Assembly (NCBI GenBank): GCA_947570215.1
Contig: CANOTO010000007.1
Span: 31,537 to 95,536 of the forward strand
DNA: 64,000 nucleotides
Reading direction: 5' to 3'
Source of the DNA: an uncultured Clostridia bacterium
GTDB lineage: Bacteria > Bacillota > Clostridia > Christensenellales > CAG-314
Both the position numbers and the translations under genes were made by a program. Within the stretch, counting starts at the first letter, position 1, and each line of letters opens with the position of its first letter. The notes under the pieces were generated by a model. That model made no database searches. It had not been told where the DNA came from and saw only the letters and a program-made list of their open reading frames with translations. Positions 47,588-58,136 of the stretch are shown one piece after another.

Positions 47588-47616
47588 ATATACTATTTCT
47601 CCTTTGAAATGCAATG

Positions 47617-48084
47617 TTAGCCGTTTTCGGTATTATTCCGCATAATTTTTTGATACCGCTCAACTTCGCCGCGCGCCAGTTCGTCGCAGCGTTCGTTCAA
47701 TTCTACGTCGGCATGCCCCTTTACTTTTATAAAGGTTACGCTGTGCTTGTTTACTTCGTACATCAGCGCGCGCCACAAATCGACGTTTTTAACTTCGCGC
47801 TTAGATGATGTTTTCCAATTATTGCTTTGCCAAGAGGTCAGCCAATCTTTATTGAAAGCGTCGACTATATACTGCGAATCACTGTATATCTCGCATTTGC
47901 AACGTTGATTAAGACATCTTAACGCCTGAATAACGGCAAATAATTCCATACGGTTATTCGTCGTTGCCTTGTCGTATCCGCTTATCTCCTTTTTTACGCC
48001 GTTGTATAAAAGCACGGCTCCCCAACCGCCTATGCCCGGGTTGCCCGAACACGCGCCGTCGGTATAAATAATCACTTTTTTCAC
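47617..48084 (-). CDS. rnhA: Ribonuclease HI
   Basis: IYTDGACSGNPGIGGWGAVL, NNRMEL, SDSQY and WKTS... are type 1 RNase H motifs. GTG start is preceded by GGTGA. Confidence 0.9.
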   Translation of the reverse strand: MKKVIIYTDGACSGNPGIGGWGAVLLYNGVKKEISGYDKATTNNRMELFAVIQALRCLNQRCKCEIYSDSQYIVDAFNKDWLTSWQSNNWKTSSKREVKNVDLWRALMYEVNKHSVTFIKVKGHADVELNERCDELARGEVERYQKIMRNNTENG

Positions 48085-48171
48085 AAATCACCTAACTTTG
48101 TTAACATTTTCGATAATACTACGCTGTATTCAGAGGCATAAGTAGTTAAAATATGCTATCAATTCAGCAAA

Positions 48172-48221
48172 AGCAAATAAAAACAGGGCAAAAAACGTAG
48201 TTTAGGTCGTTTTTGCCCTGT
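48172..48221 (-). terminator. Terminator downstream of tRNA-Trp
   Basis: Hairpin 48183-48197/48208-48221 (ACAGGGCAAAAA.../...TTTTTGCCCTGT), followed on the minus strand by GTTTTTATTT. Confidence 0.6.
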
Positions 48222-48296
48222 TGGCAGGGGAGACGCGATTCGAACACGCAACCGGCGGTTTTGGAGACCGCTGCTCTACCGTTGAGCCACTCCCCT
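48222..48296 (-). tRNA. trnW: tRNA-Trp (anticodon CCA), with encoded CCA end
   Basis: The reverse complement is AGGGGAGTGGCTCAACGGTAGAGCAGCGGTCTCCAAAACCGCCGGTTGCGTGTTCGAATCGCGTCTCCCCTGCCA. It folds as a cloverleaf: 7-bp acceptor, D-arm GCTC/GAGC, anticodon stem GCGGT/ACCGC with loop CTCCAAA, and T-loop TTCGAAT. Confidence 0.9.
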
Positions 48297-48449
48297 AAAT
48301 ATACAATATTACGTTGTACGCTTGCAAAACCATTGCCTTAATATTATAATGTAAGCGGCTTATAATGTCAATTACTTGCAACGATTTGCATAAGAAAAAT
48401 TATATAATCTACAACATTTATTACTTGCATTATGCAAAGGAGATCTCCG

Positions 48450-48596
48450 GTGTATAAAAGAGCTCATTATAACGAAATATGGTTTTGCGATCGGTATTTT
48501 ATAGGCGGAACAGATATACTTAGCGACGGCAACCGCAAATTTATAAAAGAAATAAATATAAATTTATATGATTATTCAAAAAAACTTTCCGTATAA
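48450..48596 (+). CDS. Possible small ORF (48 aa)
   Basis: AAAGGAG, a 7-nt spacer, then GTG 48450. Product is VYKRAHYNEIWFCDRYFIGGTDILSDGNRKFIKEININLYDYSKKLSV. It is below the ORF-track length cutoff. I recognise no family. Confidence 0.3.
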   Translation: MYKRAHYNEIWFCDRYFIGGTDILSDGNRKFIKEININLYDYSKKLSV

Positions 48597-49050
48597 ATAC
48601 ATTAAAGGAGCCAAGCTTTACTCATTGTCTGTTAACCGCAAGAAATTCAAAGTTGTTATTGCGGAAATAGCAAAAAATATTTATATAATCGCATATCTTA
48701 CTTTTGTCAGTTTTGCAAAATCCGTAAAAGCAGACGACGACATAAGCAGACAAAAAAACAGCAAGCTTTTATTCAACTTTGCCGTTAAGCACGCGCGTGA
48801 AACGTCGAAATACGACGACGTAGAATACGTATACAATCAAAACAATGCCGTAAGATACCGAATAAAAAGCGAAAACGGATGCGTCATAACACAAAAACAA
48901 GTATATTGCATGAATCCCGACGCAACAATAGCTATTCCGAACGATTTGGAAAACAACCCCTACGAATATTTAGGTTGGTACGAAAACGAAGACGGAGTGT
49001 CGGTTTATCAAAATAAGGAAGAAGCATTAAAAAATATCTCTATGCCGTGA
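48568..49050 (+). CDS. Hypothetical protein (160 aa), possibly secreted
   Basis: Open frame with a hydrophobic segment NIYIIAYLTFVSFAKSVKA. No clear RBS. AT-rich. I recognise no family. Confidence 0.35.
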   Translation: MIIQKNFPYKYIKGAKLYSLSVNRKKFKVVIAEIAKNIYIIAYLTFVSFAKSVKADDDISRQKNSKLLFNFAVKHARETSKYDDVEYVYNQNNAVRYRIKSENGCVITQKQVYCMNPDATIAIPNDLENNPYEYLGWYENEDGVSVYQNKEEALKNISMP

Positions 49051-49084
49051 TGCAAAGAGATATTTCTGTTTTAATAAAAATTTA

Positions 49085-50695
49085 CTATTTTGCAAAATCT
49101 ACGCTGCGCGTTTCACGTATTACGTTAACCTTTATTTGTCCCGGATATTCTAATTCGCTTTCGATCTTGCGCGCAATATCGTTAGCAAGCAATACGGTAG
49201 TTTCGTCGTTGACTTCTTCCGGTTTGACTATGATACGGATTTCGCGTCCCGCCTGCACGGCGTAAGACTTTTGCACGCCCGCAAAGGAATTGGCAATCTC
49301 TTCGAGCTTTTCCAAACGCTTTACGTAATTTTCCAAAGATTCACGTCTGGCGCCCGGTCTTGCGCCGCTTACGGCATCCGCCGCGGCTACTATTACCGCT
49401 TCCACCGTCATCGGCTCCACGTCGCCGTGATGGGACGCAATGCAGTTTACGACTTCCTTGCTTTCCTTATATTTCTTGGCAAGGTCCGCGCCTATCTGCA
49501 TATGCGTGCCTTCGATTTCTTGGTCTACCGCCTTGCCGATGTCATGAAGCAGCGCTCCGCGCTTGGCAAGAGCTACGTCAAGCCCCAATTCCGAAGCCAT
49601 AATACCAGCAATATAGCTCACTTCGACCGAATGCTTGAGAACGTTCTGCCCGTAGCTTGTACGGAACTTCAAACGTCCCAAAAGCTTGATAAGCTCGGGA
49701 TGCAAGCCGAATACTCCCGTATCGAAGGACGCGCCTTCGCCTTCGTCCTTGATTGTAACGTCCATATCGCGCTTGACCTTTTCCACCATTTCCTCTATGC
49801 GGGCAGGGTGAATACGTCCGTCGGCGAGAAGCTTTTCGATGGTAATACGGGCGATTTGACGTCTTACGGGGTCGAACCCGGATAAGATTACGACTTCGGG
49901 AGTATCGTCTATTATAAGCTCTACGCCCGTTGCGTTCTCGAGCGCGCGGATATTGCGGCCTTCGCGTCCGATAAGGCGACCCTTCATTTCGTCGTTGGGA
50001 AGCGGTACGGTGGTAACAGTCGTTTCGCTTACTTGATCGCTTGCGCAGCGCTGTATCGCCGTGGAAATGATTTCGCGAGCTTTCTGTTCTCCGCTTGCCT
50101 TGGCTTCGTTTTCGATTTTGCGTACTAACGACGCCGCTTCCTTGCGCGCGTCCGCCACCATTTCGTCAACAAGCGTCTGTTTTGCTTCTTCACGTGAAAG
50201 TCCGGCTACGCGCTCTAATTCGGCTTGAATCTTCTGTTCCGACTTGTCTAACTCCTGCTTACGCTTGGTTAACTCGTTTTGCTGACCGATAAGTTCCTTT
50301 TGCTGAACGTCTATTCGATCTAACTTGTGCAGCAGCAATTCTTCCTTTTTGTCGAGCGCTTCTTCCTTTTGATTCATGCGGTTTTCCTGCTTGGAAAGCT
50401 CGCCGTTGCGTTCGCGGAATTGCCTTTCTTGTTCGTTTTTGATTTTTTGAGCTTCTTCTCTTGCTTCTTGTATCGCTTCTTTTTTAAGAGTTTTCGCTTC
50501 GTCCTTGGCAAAATCTATAATGGAATTTGCCTGTTCCTGCGCTGAGCCAACTTTTTTATTTCTGTTATGTCTATAAACTAAAACGCCTATCGCGCCGCCG
50601 CCTGCAAGGCAGAGAACTCCTACGATAATCGGAATTAGAATATGAACCCAAGAAGGGGTACTATCGGCAAGGAAGAACAATAATGCGTTAAGCAT
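49085..50695 (-). CDS. rny: Ribonuclease Y
   Basis: N-terminal TM helix, a coiled coil, a KH domain ([15 protein letters not shown]) and an HD domain (LLHDIGKA...HH). Confidence 0.95.
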   Translation of the reverse strand: MLNALLFFLADSTPSWVHILIPIIVGVLCLAGGGAIGVLVYRHNRNKKVGSAQEQANSIIDFAKDEAKTLKKEAIQEAREEAQKIKNEQERQFRERNGELSKQENRMNQKEEALDKKEELLLHKLDRIDVQQKELIGQQNELTKRKQELDKSEQKIQAELERVAGLSREEAKQTLVDEMVADARKEAASLVRKIENEAKASGEQKAREIISTAIQRCASDQVSETTVTTVPLPNDEMKGRLIGREGRNIRALENATGVELIIDDTPEVVILSGFDPVRRQIARITIEKLLADGRIHPARIEEMVEKVKRDMDVTIKDEGEGASFDTGVFGLHPELIKLLGRLKFRTSYGQNVLKHSVEVSYIAGIMASELGLDVALAKRGALLHDIGKAVDQEIEGTHMQIGADLAKKYKESKEVVNCIASHHGDVEPMTVEAVIVAAADAVSGARPGARRESLENYVKRLEKLEEIANSFAGVQKSYAVQAGREIRIIVKPEEVNDETTVLLANDIARKIESELEYPGQIKVNVIRETRSVDFAK

Positions 50696-50849
50696 TTAAT
50701 TATCCCCCTTAAAAAGTTTATATGAAATAAAATTTCACTGACTTATATTTTACTAACTTTTTACCGATATGTCAATATAAAAAAAAGAAATTATCTAAAT
50801 ATAAATATTTTATATATACCATAACAGTACTTACAATTGCCGCGGATAA

Positions 50850-50891
50850 CTTAGAAATACAAACGCGCCAGACGTTATTATCAGGCGCGTT
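50850..50891 (-). terminator. Terminator after recA
   Basis: Stem AACGCGCC/GGCGCGTT (50862-50891), followed on the minus strand by TTGTATTTC. Confidence 0.5.
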
Positions 50892-50906
50892 GATATAGAA
50901 TCGGAA

Positions 50907-51953
50907 TTATTCTTCCGCTTGTTCTTCTTCGGCGGGTTTCAGCTTTTCCTTTATCTTGTCGGACAACATATCCATAAGCTCGGTATGGTTTTCCAAGTAC
51001 ATTTTGGCGTTTTCACGCCCTTGACCGATTTTTTCACCGTTATAACTGAACCAAGAACCGCTCTTTTCGATATATCCGTAGCTCACTGCCATATCGAGAA
51101 TACAGCCGGAATTTGATATTCCCTTTCCGAAAATAATCTCGAATTCCGCCGTTTTGAACGGAGGAGCCATCTTATTCTTTACAACCTTGACGCGCGTTTT
51201 ACTACCGATTATTTCCGAACCGTCCTTGATTTGATCTACCTTCCTTACATCCAAACGCACGCTGGAATAGAATTTGAGAGCTTTACCGCCTGTGGTAGTT
51301 TCGGGATTGCCGAACATAACGCCGATTTTGTCGCGCAGTTGATTGATAAATATAATACAAGTGTTGGATTTGTTTCCTACGGCAATTATCTTGCGTAAGC
51401 ATTGCGACATAAGCCGAGCTTGAACGCCCATATGGCTATCGCCCATATCGCCTTCCAATTCGGAACGCGGAGTCAACGCCGCTACGGAGTCCACTACTAT
51501 AAGATCGACCGCATTGCTGCGTACCAAGTAATCCAAAATATCCAACGCCTGCTCGCCGCTATCCGGCTGTGAAATATACAGCTCGTCCAAATTGATACCG
51601 AGATTCTTTGCATACACGGGATCGAGAGCCTGTTCCGCATCGATAAACGCAGCCGTTCCGCCCATTTTCTGCACCTGCGCTATAACGTGCAACGTGACCG
51701 TGGTTTTACCCGAAGCTTCCGGTCCGTAAATTTCTATAATACGTCCGCGCGGCAAGCCGCCGATTCCCAAAGCCATATCCAATGGCAAGCAGCCCGTCGG
51801 GATTGCTTCTATATTCCTTGCCGCGGCATAGCTGCCTAACTTCATTATCGAGCCCTTGCCGAATTCCTTCTCGATTTGCAAAATCGTTTGCTCTAATGCG
51901 CGTTTTTTGTCGTCTGTCATTGTTGTTTTCTCCTTATTGTTATCTTTGGACAA
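50907..51953 (-). CDS. recA: Recombinase RecA
   Basis: [19 protein letters not shown] and Walker A motif GPEASGKTT. The L1/L2 loop regions are conserved throughout. Confidence 0.97.
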   Translation of the reverse strand: MSKDNNKEKTTMTDDKKRALEQTILQIEKEFGKGSIMKLGSYAAARNIEAIPTGCLPLDMALGIGGLPRGRIIEIYGPEASGKTTVTLHVIAQVQKMGGTAAFIDAEQALDPVYAKNLGINLDELYISQPDSGEQALDILDYLVRSNAVDLIVVDSVAALTPRSELEGDMGDSHMGVQARLMSQCLRKIIAVGNKSNTCIIFINQLRDKIGVMFGNPETTTGGKALKFYSSVRLDVRKVDQIKDGSEIIGSKTRVKVVKNKMAPPFKTAEFEIIFGKGISNSGCILDMAVSYGYIEKSGSWFSYNGEKIGQGRENAKMYLENHTELMDMLSDKIKEKLKPAEEEQAEE

Positions 51954-51954
51954 A

Positions 51955-53121
51955 TTATTTCGTTAAAGTTTTACACGCCAAATACAGCGCGGTACTTGCA
52001 GCTTGAGAACGAATGGAATTGCGGTCGCCGGCAAACACGTTTTTGTAGACGGTTACCGACTTTTCCGTAGCGACTCCGATAAAACACAAACCTATAGGAA
52101 GTCCGTCTTCCGACGCGGGTCCCGCTATACCCGTTACAGAAACGGCAACGTCGCTGCCGTTTCTTCTAAGTCCCGTGGCCATAGCCTGGGCGACCTGTCG
52201 AGACACAACCCCGTATTCGTCGATAAAGTGAGGGTTTATTCCCAATCGGCTGCATTTGCTCGCAATTGTATAAACGACTACGCCTTCGTACAAAACCGAA
52301 GACGCGCCGGCCACGTCCACTATAGACGAAGATATCAGCCCGCCAGTAACCGATTCCGCAACGGACAGCGTTTTGCCCATACTGCGAAACAGATCGACTG
52401 CCGTTTGCGCCAACGTCTGATCTGCCGTAGCATAAAGATATTCGCCGAAAGCTTCTCTTAATTTGGCAACTGCGTCTTTGATATAAACTTTACTGCATTT
52501 CGGCTGGAAAGTCAATATTATTTTACTGTCGAGATTTAATGTTTCACACTTGCGTGAAACAGTTCGCGGTAATGCGGACAAACGGGAATTAACGTCTTTT
52601 GCGGACAGACCGAAAACCTTGAATACGTACTTGGCAAGTCCTAAGTTCTCGCGAAATAAACTTTTATATATATAATTGTCGTAAACCAATGCACATTCGT
52701 TGTAATCGTCCGGCACAAAAAAAACCTGACACTTGTTGTACTCGCCATAACAGGCGCATTGACAGCCGTATGCCGAAGCGTAATGATTAAAGGTCTCAGG
52801 AGCCAAACACAGCTTGTCCATAACATGCTGCGGCGGCACGTCGGCTTTCGCCAACTTGCAATATTGAAGTATATTGCGTTCGGCAAACTTGTCGTAAAAC
52901 ATCGACAAGTTAAAAGTTTCGGCAAAAACAGAGCTGCTTTCGCCCACGTTTCCCACCATAATTACCGACCGACTGCCGCTTGATACCGCGTCGCGCAAAA
53001 ACTTGCCGACGGTATGTTTGTTATTAGTTACAGTCAAGTCGTATTTTACAAGCTCCGAATCGAACTTTTCGCGTAAATACGCGACAGCTTGACTGTAATC
53101 CTGCGCCAAAATTTTAATCAT
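51955..53121 (-). CDS. cinA: CinA-family protein (PncC-type C-terminal domain, divergent N-terminal domain)
   Basis: C-terminal [34 protein letters not shown]...VSVTGIAGP is the CinA/PncC deamidase domain. It sits immediately upstream of recA as in Bacillus. The N-terminal ~230 aa lack the usual MoCF-type motifs. Confidence 0.75.
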   Translation of the reverse strand: MIKILAQDYSQAVAYLREKFDSELVKYDLTVTNNKHTVGKFLRDAVSSGSRSVIMVGNVGESSSVFAETFNLSMFYDKFAERNILQYCKLAKADVPPQHVMDKLCLAPETFNHYASAYGCQCACYGEYNKCQVFFVPDDYNECALVYDNYIYKSLFRENLGLAKYVFKVFGLSAKDVNSRLSALPRTVSRKCETLNLDSKIILTFQPKCSKVYIKDAVAKLREAFGEYLYATADQTLAQTAVDLFRSMGKTLSVAESVTGGLISSSIVDVAGASSVLYEGVVVYTIASKCSRLGINPHFIDEYGVVSRQVAQAMATGLRRNGSDVAVSVTGIAGPASEDGLPIGLCFIGVATEKSVTVYKNVFAGDRNSIRSQAASTALYLACKTLTK

Positions 53122-53801
53122 TTGTCTTCGAAAACCTTTTTATTTTGTACCAAATAAATTACGCCGGAAATAATCGTCATAACGACCGCTACGGCGAAAA
53201 TCGTAACGCCGATAAGCCATATTACATCGAAAAACTTCATACGAGCTACAATCGACGGTTCGGGGACAGCTTGTATTAAAGCGTTTTGGGATACATTCGA
53301 GTACGACTGCGAATTGGCGTTTAGCAATATCAGCAGCGGCAGACAGATATCCTGCGTTACGGTTTTGATTTTTCCGAATATATTCGCCTGTACCACCACG
53401 CCCTTGCTTGCGGCAATCATGCGTACTGCGCTAATAAGCAATTCACGGGCCAAAATCAGTATCGAACCAACCGTCAGCAAAATCATTCCGAACATAGCCG
53501 TGAAGTTTTCGGGCATTACGAACAAGCTGTTTGCAAAGTATTGCAGCGGATTGGTAGCAACAACGCAAAACAATGCCGCGCACACTAATATTTTGTCCGC
53601 AATCGGGTCGAGCAACTTGCCCAAATCGGTAACCATTTTGTATTTCCGAGCTATGTACCCGTCCAAAAAATCGGTAAAACAACATAGGACGAATATACCT
53701 ATAGCAACGTACGCGCCCCACTCGAACGGAAGAAAATACGCCACAATAAACAGCGGAATCATACATATTCGGGATAAAGACAGTCTATTGGGAATATTCA
53801 T
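53118..53801 (-). CDS. pgsA: CDP-diacylglycerol--glycerol-3-phosphate 3-phosphatidyltransferase
   Basis: CDP-alcohol phosphotransferase motif DFLDGYIARKYKMVTDLGKLLDPIADK, plus several TM helices. Confidence 0.9.
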   Translation of the reverse strand: MNIPNRLSLSRICMIPLFIVAYFLPFEWGAYVAIGIFVLCCFTDFLDGYIARKYKMVTDLGKLLDPIADKILVCAALFCVVATNPLQYFANSLFVMPENFTAMFGMILLTVGSILILARELLISAVRMIAASKGVVVQANIFGKIKTVTQDICLPLLILLNANSQSYSNVSQNALIQAVPEPSIVARMKFFDVIWLIGVTIFAVAVVMTIISGVIYLVQNKKVFEDK

Positions 53802-55126
53802 CTTACAACTTCTCCAATTAAATCGTAATCGGCATAATCAGTAATTTTTACGTCGTAAAAATGTCCTACGGTCAATTCGTCCGACGTAACGATATAAACC
53901 TTTCCGTCGATATCGGGCGACATAAAATACGTTCTGCCCACATAGTAATATTTGCCCGCACCAAAATCGGGCTGCTCGTCCACAATACACCTATAAACTT
54001 TACCCACGTCCGACTTGTTAATTTCGGTAGCAATTTTGTATTGAGTCTTGTACAGTTTATTTACATAGCTTTGCTTCGTGCGCTCGGGAACTTGACGTTC
54101 GAACTTTGCCGCTGCGGTTCCGTCTTCGCGCGAGTATGCGAAAAAGCCTACGTTACGCAACCTGTATTTAATCAAAAATTCTTGAAGCTGTTTTACCGTT
54201 TCCTTGGTTTCGTAAGGAAAACCGCATATAAACGTAGAGCGAACGGCGATGCCGAGATTAGACAGCTTATCGAACAACGTTATTATCGACTGACTGTCAG
54301 AGCGGCGATTCATTTTACGCAATATTTCGTCGTTGACGTGCTGTAACGGGATGTCGACGTATTTGACTATTTTGGGATTGTTGGCGATTTCCGCCTGCAA
54401 CTCGTCCGACAATAATTCCGGATAGCAATATAGCAATCTCAGCCATTCTATACCGTCAATCTCAGACAAACTCCGCAGCAACTGGACTATTTTATATTCG
54501 CCGTATAAGTCCTTGCCGTAACGCGTTGTATCTTGGGCTACCAATATCAGTTCCTTAACGCCTTGCGCCGCCAACTCTGCCGCCTGCGCGGCTACCTTTT
54601 CCATCGGTACGGAACGATAGCGTCCGCGAATAAAGGGTATAAGACAATAAGTACAGTAATTATCGCAGCCGTCGGCTATTTTGAGATAAGCAACATGCGA
54701 AGCCGTTGTAAGAATACGCGAACCGAAAGTTATAGCGTCGGAACATTTATTTACAAGCTTACGTTCGCCGTTTAATGTATCGGCAACAATATCGCATATT
54801 TCATCGTACCTGTCGGTACCTACGACGGCATCGACTTCTTTAAGCTCATTGAAAACTTCTTCGCCGAATTTCTGCCCGAGACAGCCCGTTATTATAACCT
54901 TTCGGCATTTGCCGCGCTTTTTGTACCCCGCCATTTCGAGCGACGTTTCTATCGCTTCCTTGCGGGCGGATTCCAAAAAAGCGCACGTATTTACTATTAT
55001 TACGTCGGCATCCTGCGGAGAAGAAGTGATTTCGTAACCGCCCGCCGCCAAATTTGCCAGCATTACTTCCGTATCGACACGGTTTTTATCGCAACCGAGA
55101 GATACGACTCCAACTTTTGTTTTCAT
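53798..55126 (-). CDS. rimO: Ribosomal protein S12 methylthiotransferase RimO
   Basis: N-terminal VSLGCDKNRVDTE, a radical-SAM CDNYCTYC motif, and a TRAM C-terminus. Confidence 0.9.
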   Translation of the reverse strand: MKTKVGVVSLGCDKNRVDTEVMLANLAAGGYEITSSPQDADVIIVNTCAFLESARKEAIETSLEMAGYKKRGKCRKVIITGCLGQKFGEEVFNELKEVDAVVGTDRYDEICDIVADTLNGERKLVNKCSDAITFGSRILTTASHVAYLKIADGCDNYCTYCLIPFIRGRYRSVPMEKVAAQAAELAAQGVKELILVAQDTTRYGKDLYGEYKIVQLLRSLSEIDGIEWLRLLYCYPELLSDELQAEIANNPKIVKYVDIPLQHVNDEILRKMNRRSDSQSIITLFDKLSNLGIAVRSTFICGFPYETKETVKQLQEFLIKYRLRNVGFFAYSREDGTAAAKFERQVPERTKQSYVNKLYKTQYKIATEINKSDVGKVYRCIVDEQPDFGAGKYYYVGRTYFMSPDIDGKVYIVTSDELTVGHFYDVKITDYADYDLIGEVVR

Positions 55127-55133
55127 AATTTAA

Positions 55134-58010
55134 CTAATCCTGCATATCGGGGAACAATTCGTCTAAATCGTCCAACGATACCAACACTCTTAAAGGCTTA
55201 GAGCTTGGATCGCTCGGAGACAGTTCTTCTACATATTTAAGCTTTTGCATCGAATCCATAATTCTACCCGCGCGATTGAAACCTATGCCCAAGTTACGCT
55301 GAATTGAAGCGATGGACGCTCTGCCGCCCTGTTTTTCCAGCCAAAAACGCAACGCCTTTTTGCAGTACGGGTCAAGCTGAGCTTCCTTACTTGCCGGCTC
55401 GGCGGTTTCGTGAGTTTCTTCCGAATCTTCCGGTTTATTGGATACGAAAATAGCATCGGTGACTTTTTGATCGTAAAAAATTTCGTTAGACGCAATCGTA
55501 TAATCCTTCAACGCGCGAATTTCATCGTTGGAAATATACGCGCCCTGAACGCGCAAAGTATCCGAAGCTCCCGACCCCAAGAACAGCATATCGCCCTTGC
55601 CAAGCAGTTTTTCAGCGCCGCCGCCGTTAAGTATTGTAGAGCTGTCCGCTTGAGAAGCGACCTTTAACGCCATACGGCAGGGCAAATTGGCCTTGATTGT
55701 GCCGGTAATTACATCGACGCTCGGACGTTGAGTAGCAAGTACGATATGAATACCGGCTGCTCTCGACTTCTGCGCCAAACGCATAAGCTTTTGTTCGAAA
55801 GCCTTTTTACTGACGGACATAAGGTCTGCCAATTCGTCTACTACGAACACCAAGTAAGGTAATTTTTGCGTTATTTTGGGGTTTATACGGCTATTGTATT
55901 CCGAAATATTACCCACTGCCGACTGACGGAACAACTGATAACGAGATTCCATCTCGGCGATTAGGTAATCCATACCGGCAAGCGCGTCCTGAACGTTGGT
56001 TATTGCTTCGGCGGTCAGCATATGCGGAATTCCGTTATAGCGCGACAGCTCGACGAATTTGGGGTCAACCATCAAGAAACGAACGTACTCGGGACCGTAC
56101 TTATATATGAAACTGACAATTAAGCAGTTCAAACATACGCTCTTTCCCGAGCCTGTTGTTCCCGCTATAAGCAGGTGCGGCATATCAGCAAGGTCCGCAA
56201 CGATTACTTTACCGGTTATTTCGCGACCGATGGCAAATACCAAATTTCCCTTGCCTTTTGCAAATTCATCACTGTCCAACAGTCCGCGGAGAACTACGGG
56301 CGTTTTCTTTTTATTTGCTACTTCTATACCGACTAACCCCGTTCCGTGAATAGGCGCTTCGATACGGATATCTTCCTGTGCTTCTACGCACGCCTTGATA
56401 TCGTCGGCATACTGGCGGAAATCGCCCATACGCGTTTTTTGCGAAAGTACCCTAAAAGTATATCTTGTAACTGACGGACCTACGATAATATCTACGTTTT
56501 CCACCTTTATACCGAATACCGACAATTTGTTTACGATTGCGTCGGCTGTGTGTTTACGATCGCCCGACTCGTAGTCTTCCGTAATAGTAACGTCGTTCAA
56601 CAGCTCGAATGGCGGCTTGTTATAAGGCAAATACTTGTGGACTTTTTCCATTTCTTCCTTAGTAGTAAAGTCCAGACCCAATTGCATACCGCCGTCTACG
56701 GGATCTTCGCGCATAACGGCTATTAGTTCGTCGTCCTGCTTTTTAGAATCACGCGCAGAAGGCGTAGGTGTCGGAGACGTTTTTACAATGGGCGGAGCGA
56801 TAGGTTCTTCGTCGCGAACAGGCTCCCGAGAAACTTCTTCAACCGCGGATTCCACAAAAACTTCTTCGATTTTAGGCGTTGCTTCATACTCGGACCGACG
56901 TTTGACAGGTTGAGGTTCGTCTTCGACAATAACGTCTGTAACGTCGACATCGACGCTTTTAGAAGACCGAGAAACCACGGGCGGTTCGGCAACTATGCGC
57001 GAAAGGTCATCCTTTATAACAGGCGGCTTTGGCTCGGACCTTTGCGGCTCGGTTTGTTTTGGCGTTACTATCTTCCAATCGGATGAAACGTCGTCCTGAG
57101 CCGATTTAGACGACTCCATATCGACGCTCGATTGATAATATCCGCGTACTATAAATTCGTCGTCCTGTTTTTCGGGAGCGAAAAACGAGTTTTCGCCGCG
57201 GTTTGTTTTACGCGGCTCGCCTTCGCCGAACAATATGTTTTCCGCTTCGGCGCGATCGACTGTTTTTGCCGAGTCCGACGTTATCCGAGATTGCTCCGCT
57301 ACGTCGAAGTGTTCTTCCGTACGGTTGGAAACCACCGATTCGGGATATATGGATTTTTCCTGTTGCTCGAAAAGAATCTGATAAGCCTTTTGACGGGCGT
57401 CGTAGGATGTATCGGACGGCGTTTCGGCAATTTCGGTAGTCTTGACGGACGGCTCAATATCCTGTTCGACCGACTTCGCGGTTAAACTGAGCTTACCGGT
57501 GAAATACTTATAGAAAAAGTCCGCACACACATAAACGGTCCATCCGAGAAGTCCCACGATAAGAACCATTGCGCCGTAAATAGTTATTGCGCGCTTTAAC
57601 GCGTAAGCGATAATTCCGAATACTACGCCGCCGAAAGTGGGCACGCCCATCTGTCCGTCGTAGTAATGATAAATCAAACCGATATGCCGAGAAAAATCCT
57701 GCGGTAAATACGTTGTGGTAAGAGTATGAACGAACAACACTATAGCAACAAACATTAACGCGAAGTGAACAGCGTATTTTACGGGGATTTTTACGCTTTT
57801 GCCCGCTAAAACAAATGAACAGGTAACTATTACGGCAGCCATCAAGCCGTAAAAGGACATTCCGAAACTTCCGAGGAAGAAATTGGCGAAGTCCTTAAAC
57901 CCGGAATTGAAATATCTTCCGCTAAACGCAACGACAATGAGAATAGCGGATAAGCTTATACCTATTATGCAAGCAATTTTTTTGCCTAAGCCGACTTTTT
58001 CGGATTTCAA
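55134..58010 (-). CDS. ftsK: DNA translocase FtsK/SpoIIIE
   Basis: N-terminal TM helices, a long low-complexity linker, the motor domain (LLIAGTTGSGKSV, VVDELADLM), and a C-terminal gamma wHTH (ASIQRNLGIGFNRAGRIMD). TTG 58010 follows GGGAGG and a 6-nt spacer. The ORF-track ATG 58145 lies upstream of the candidate -10. Confidence 0.9.
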   Translation of the reverse strand: MKSEKVGLGKKIACIIGISLSAILIVVAFSGRYFNSGFKDFANFFLGSFGMSFYGLMAAVIVTCSFVLAGKSVKIPVKYAVHFALMFVAIVLFVHTLTTTYLPQDFSRHIGLIYHYYDGQMGVPTFGGVVFGIIAYALKRAITIYGAMVLIVGLLGWTVYVCADFFYKYFTGKLSLTAKSVEQDIEPSVKTTEIAETPSDTSYDARQKAYQILFEQQEKSIYPESVVSNRTEEHFDVAEQSRITSDSAKTVDRAEAENILFGEGEPRKTNRGENSFFAPEKQDDEFIVRGYYQSSVDMESSKSAQDDVSSDWKIVTPKQTEPQRSEPKPPVIKDDLSRIVAEPPVVSRSSKSVDVDVTDVIVEDEPQPVKRRSEYEATPKIEEVFVESAVEEVSREPVRDEEPIAPPIVKTSPTPTPSARDSKKQDDELIAVMREDPVDGGMQLGLDFTTKEEMEKVHKYLPYNKPPFELLNDVTITEDYESGDRKHTADAIVNKLSVFGIKVENVDIIVGPSVTRYTFRVLSQKTRMGDFRQYADDIKACVEAQEDIRIEAPIHGTGLVGIEVANKKKTPVVLRGLLDSDEFAKGKGNLVFAIGREITGKVIVADLADMPHLLIAGTTGSGKSVCLNCLIVSFIYKYGPEYVRFLMVDPKFVELSRYNGIPHMLTAEAITNVQDALAGMDYLIAEMESRYQLFRQSAVGNISEYNSRINPKITQKLPYLVFVVDELADLMSVSKKAFEQKLMRLAQKSRAAGIHIVLATQRPSVDVITGTIKANLPCRMALKVASQADSSTILNGGGAEKLLGKGDMLFLGSGASDTLRVQGAYISNDEIRALKDYTIASNEIFYDQKVTDAIFVSNKPEDSEETHETAEPASKEAQLDPYCKKALRFWLEKQGGRASIASIQRNLGIGFNRAGRIMDSMQKLKYVEELSPSDPSSKPLRVLVSLDDLDELFPDMQD

Positions 58011-58136
58011 AACTAACCTCCCGTATAACGCAACGAAGTATATCAAAAAAAACACTGCGACGCGTTGTTTCGGCGCGAACTGCGCACAGCCGCGCGTAAC
58101 TTTTATCAAGGTGCGGGCGTAAAAACCCGTACAAGT

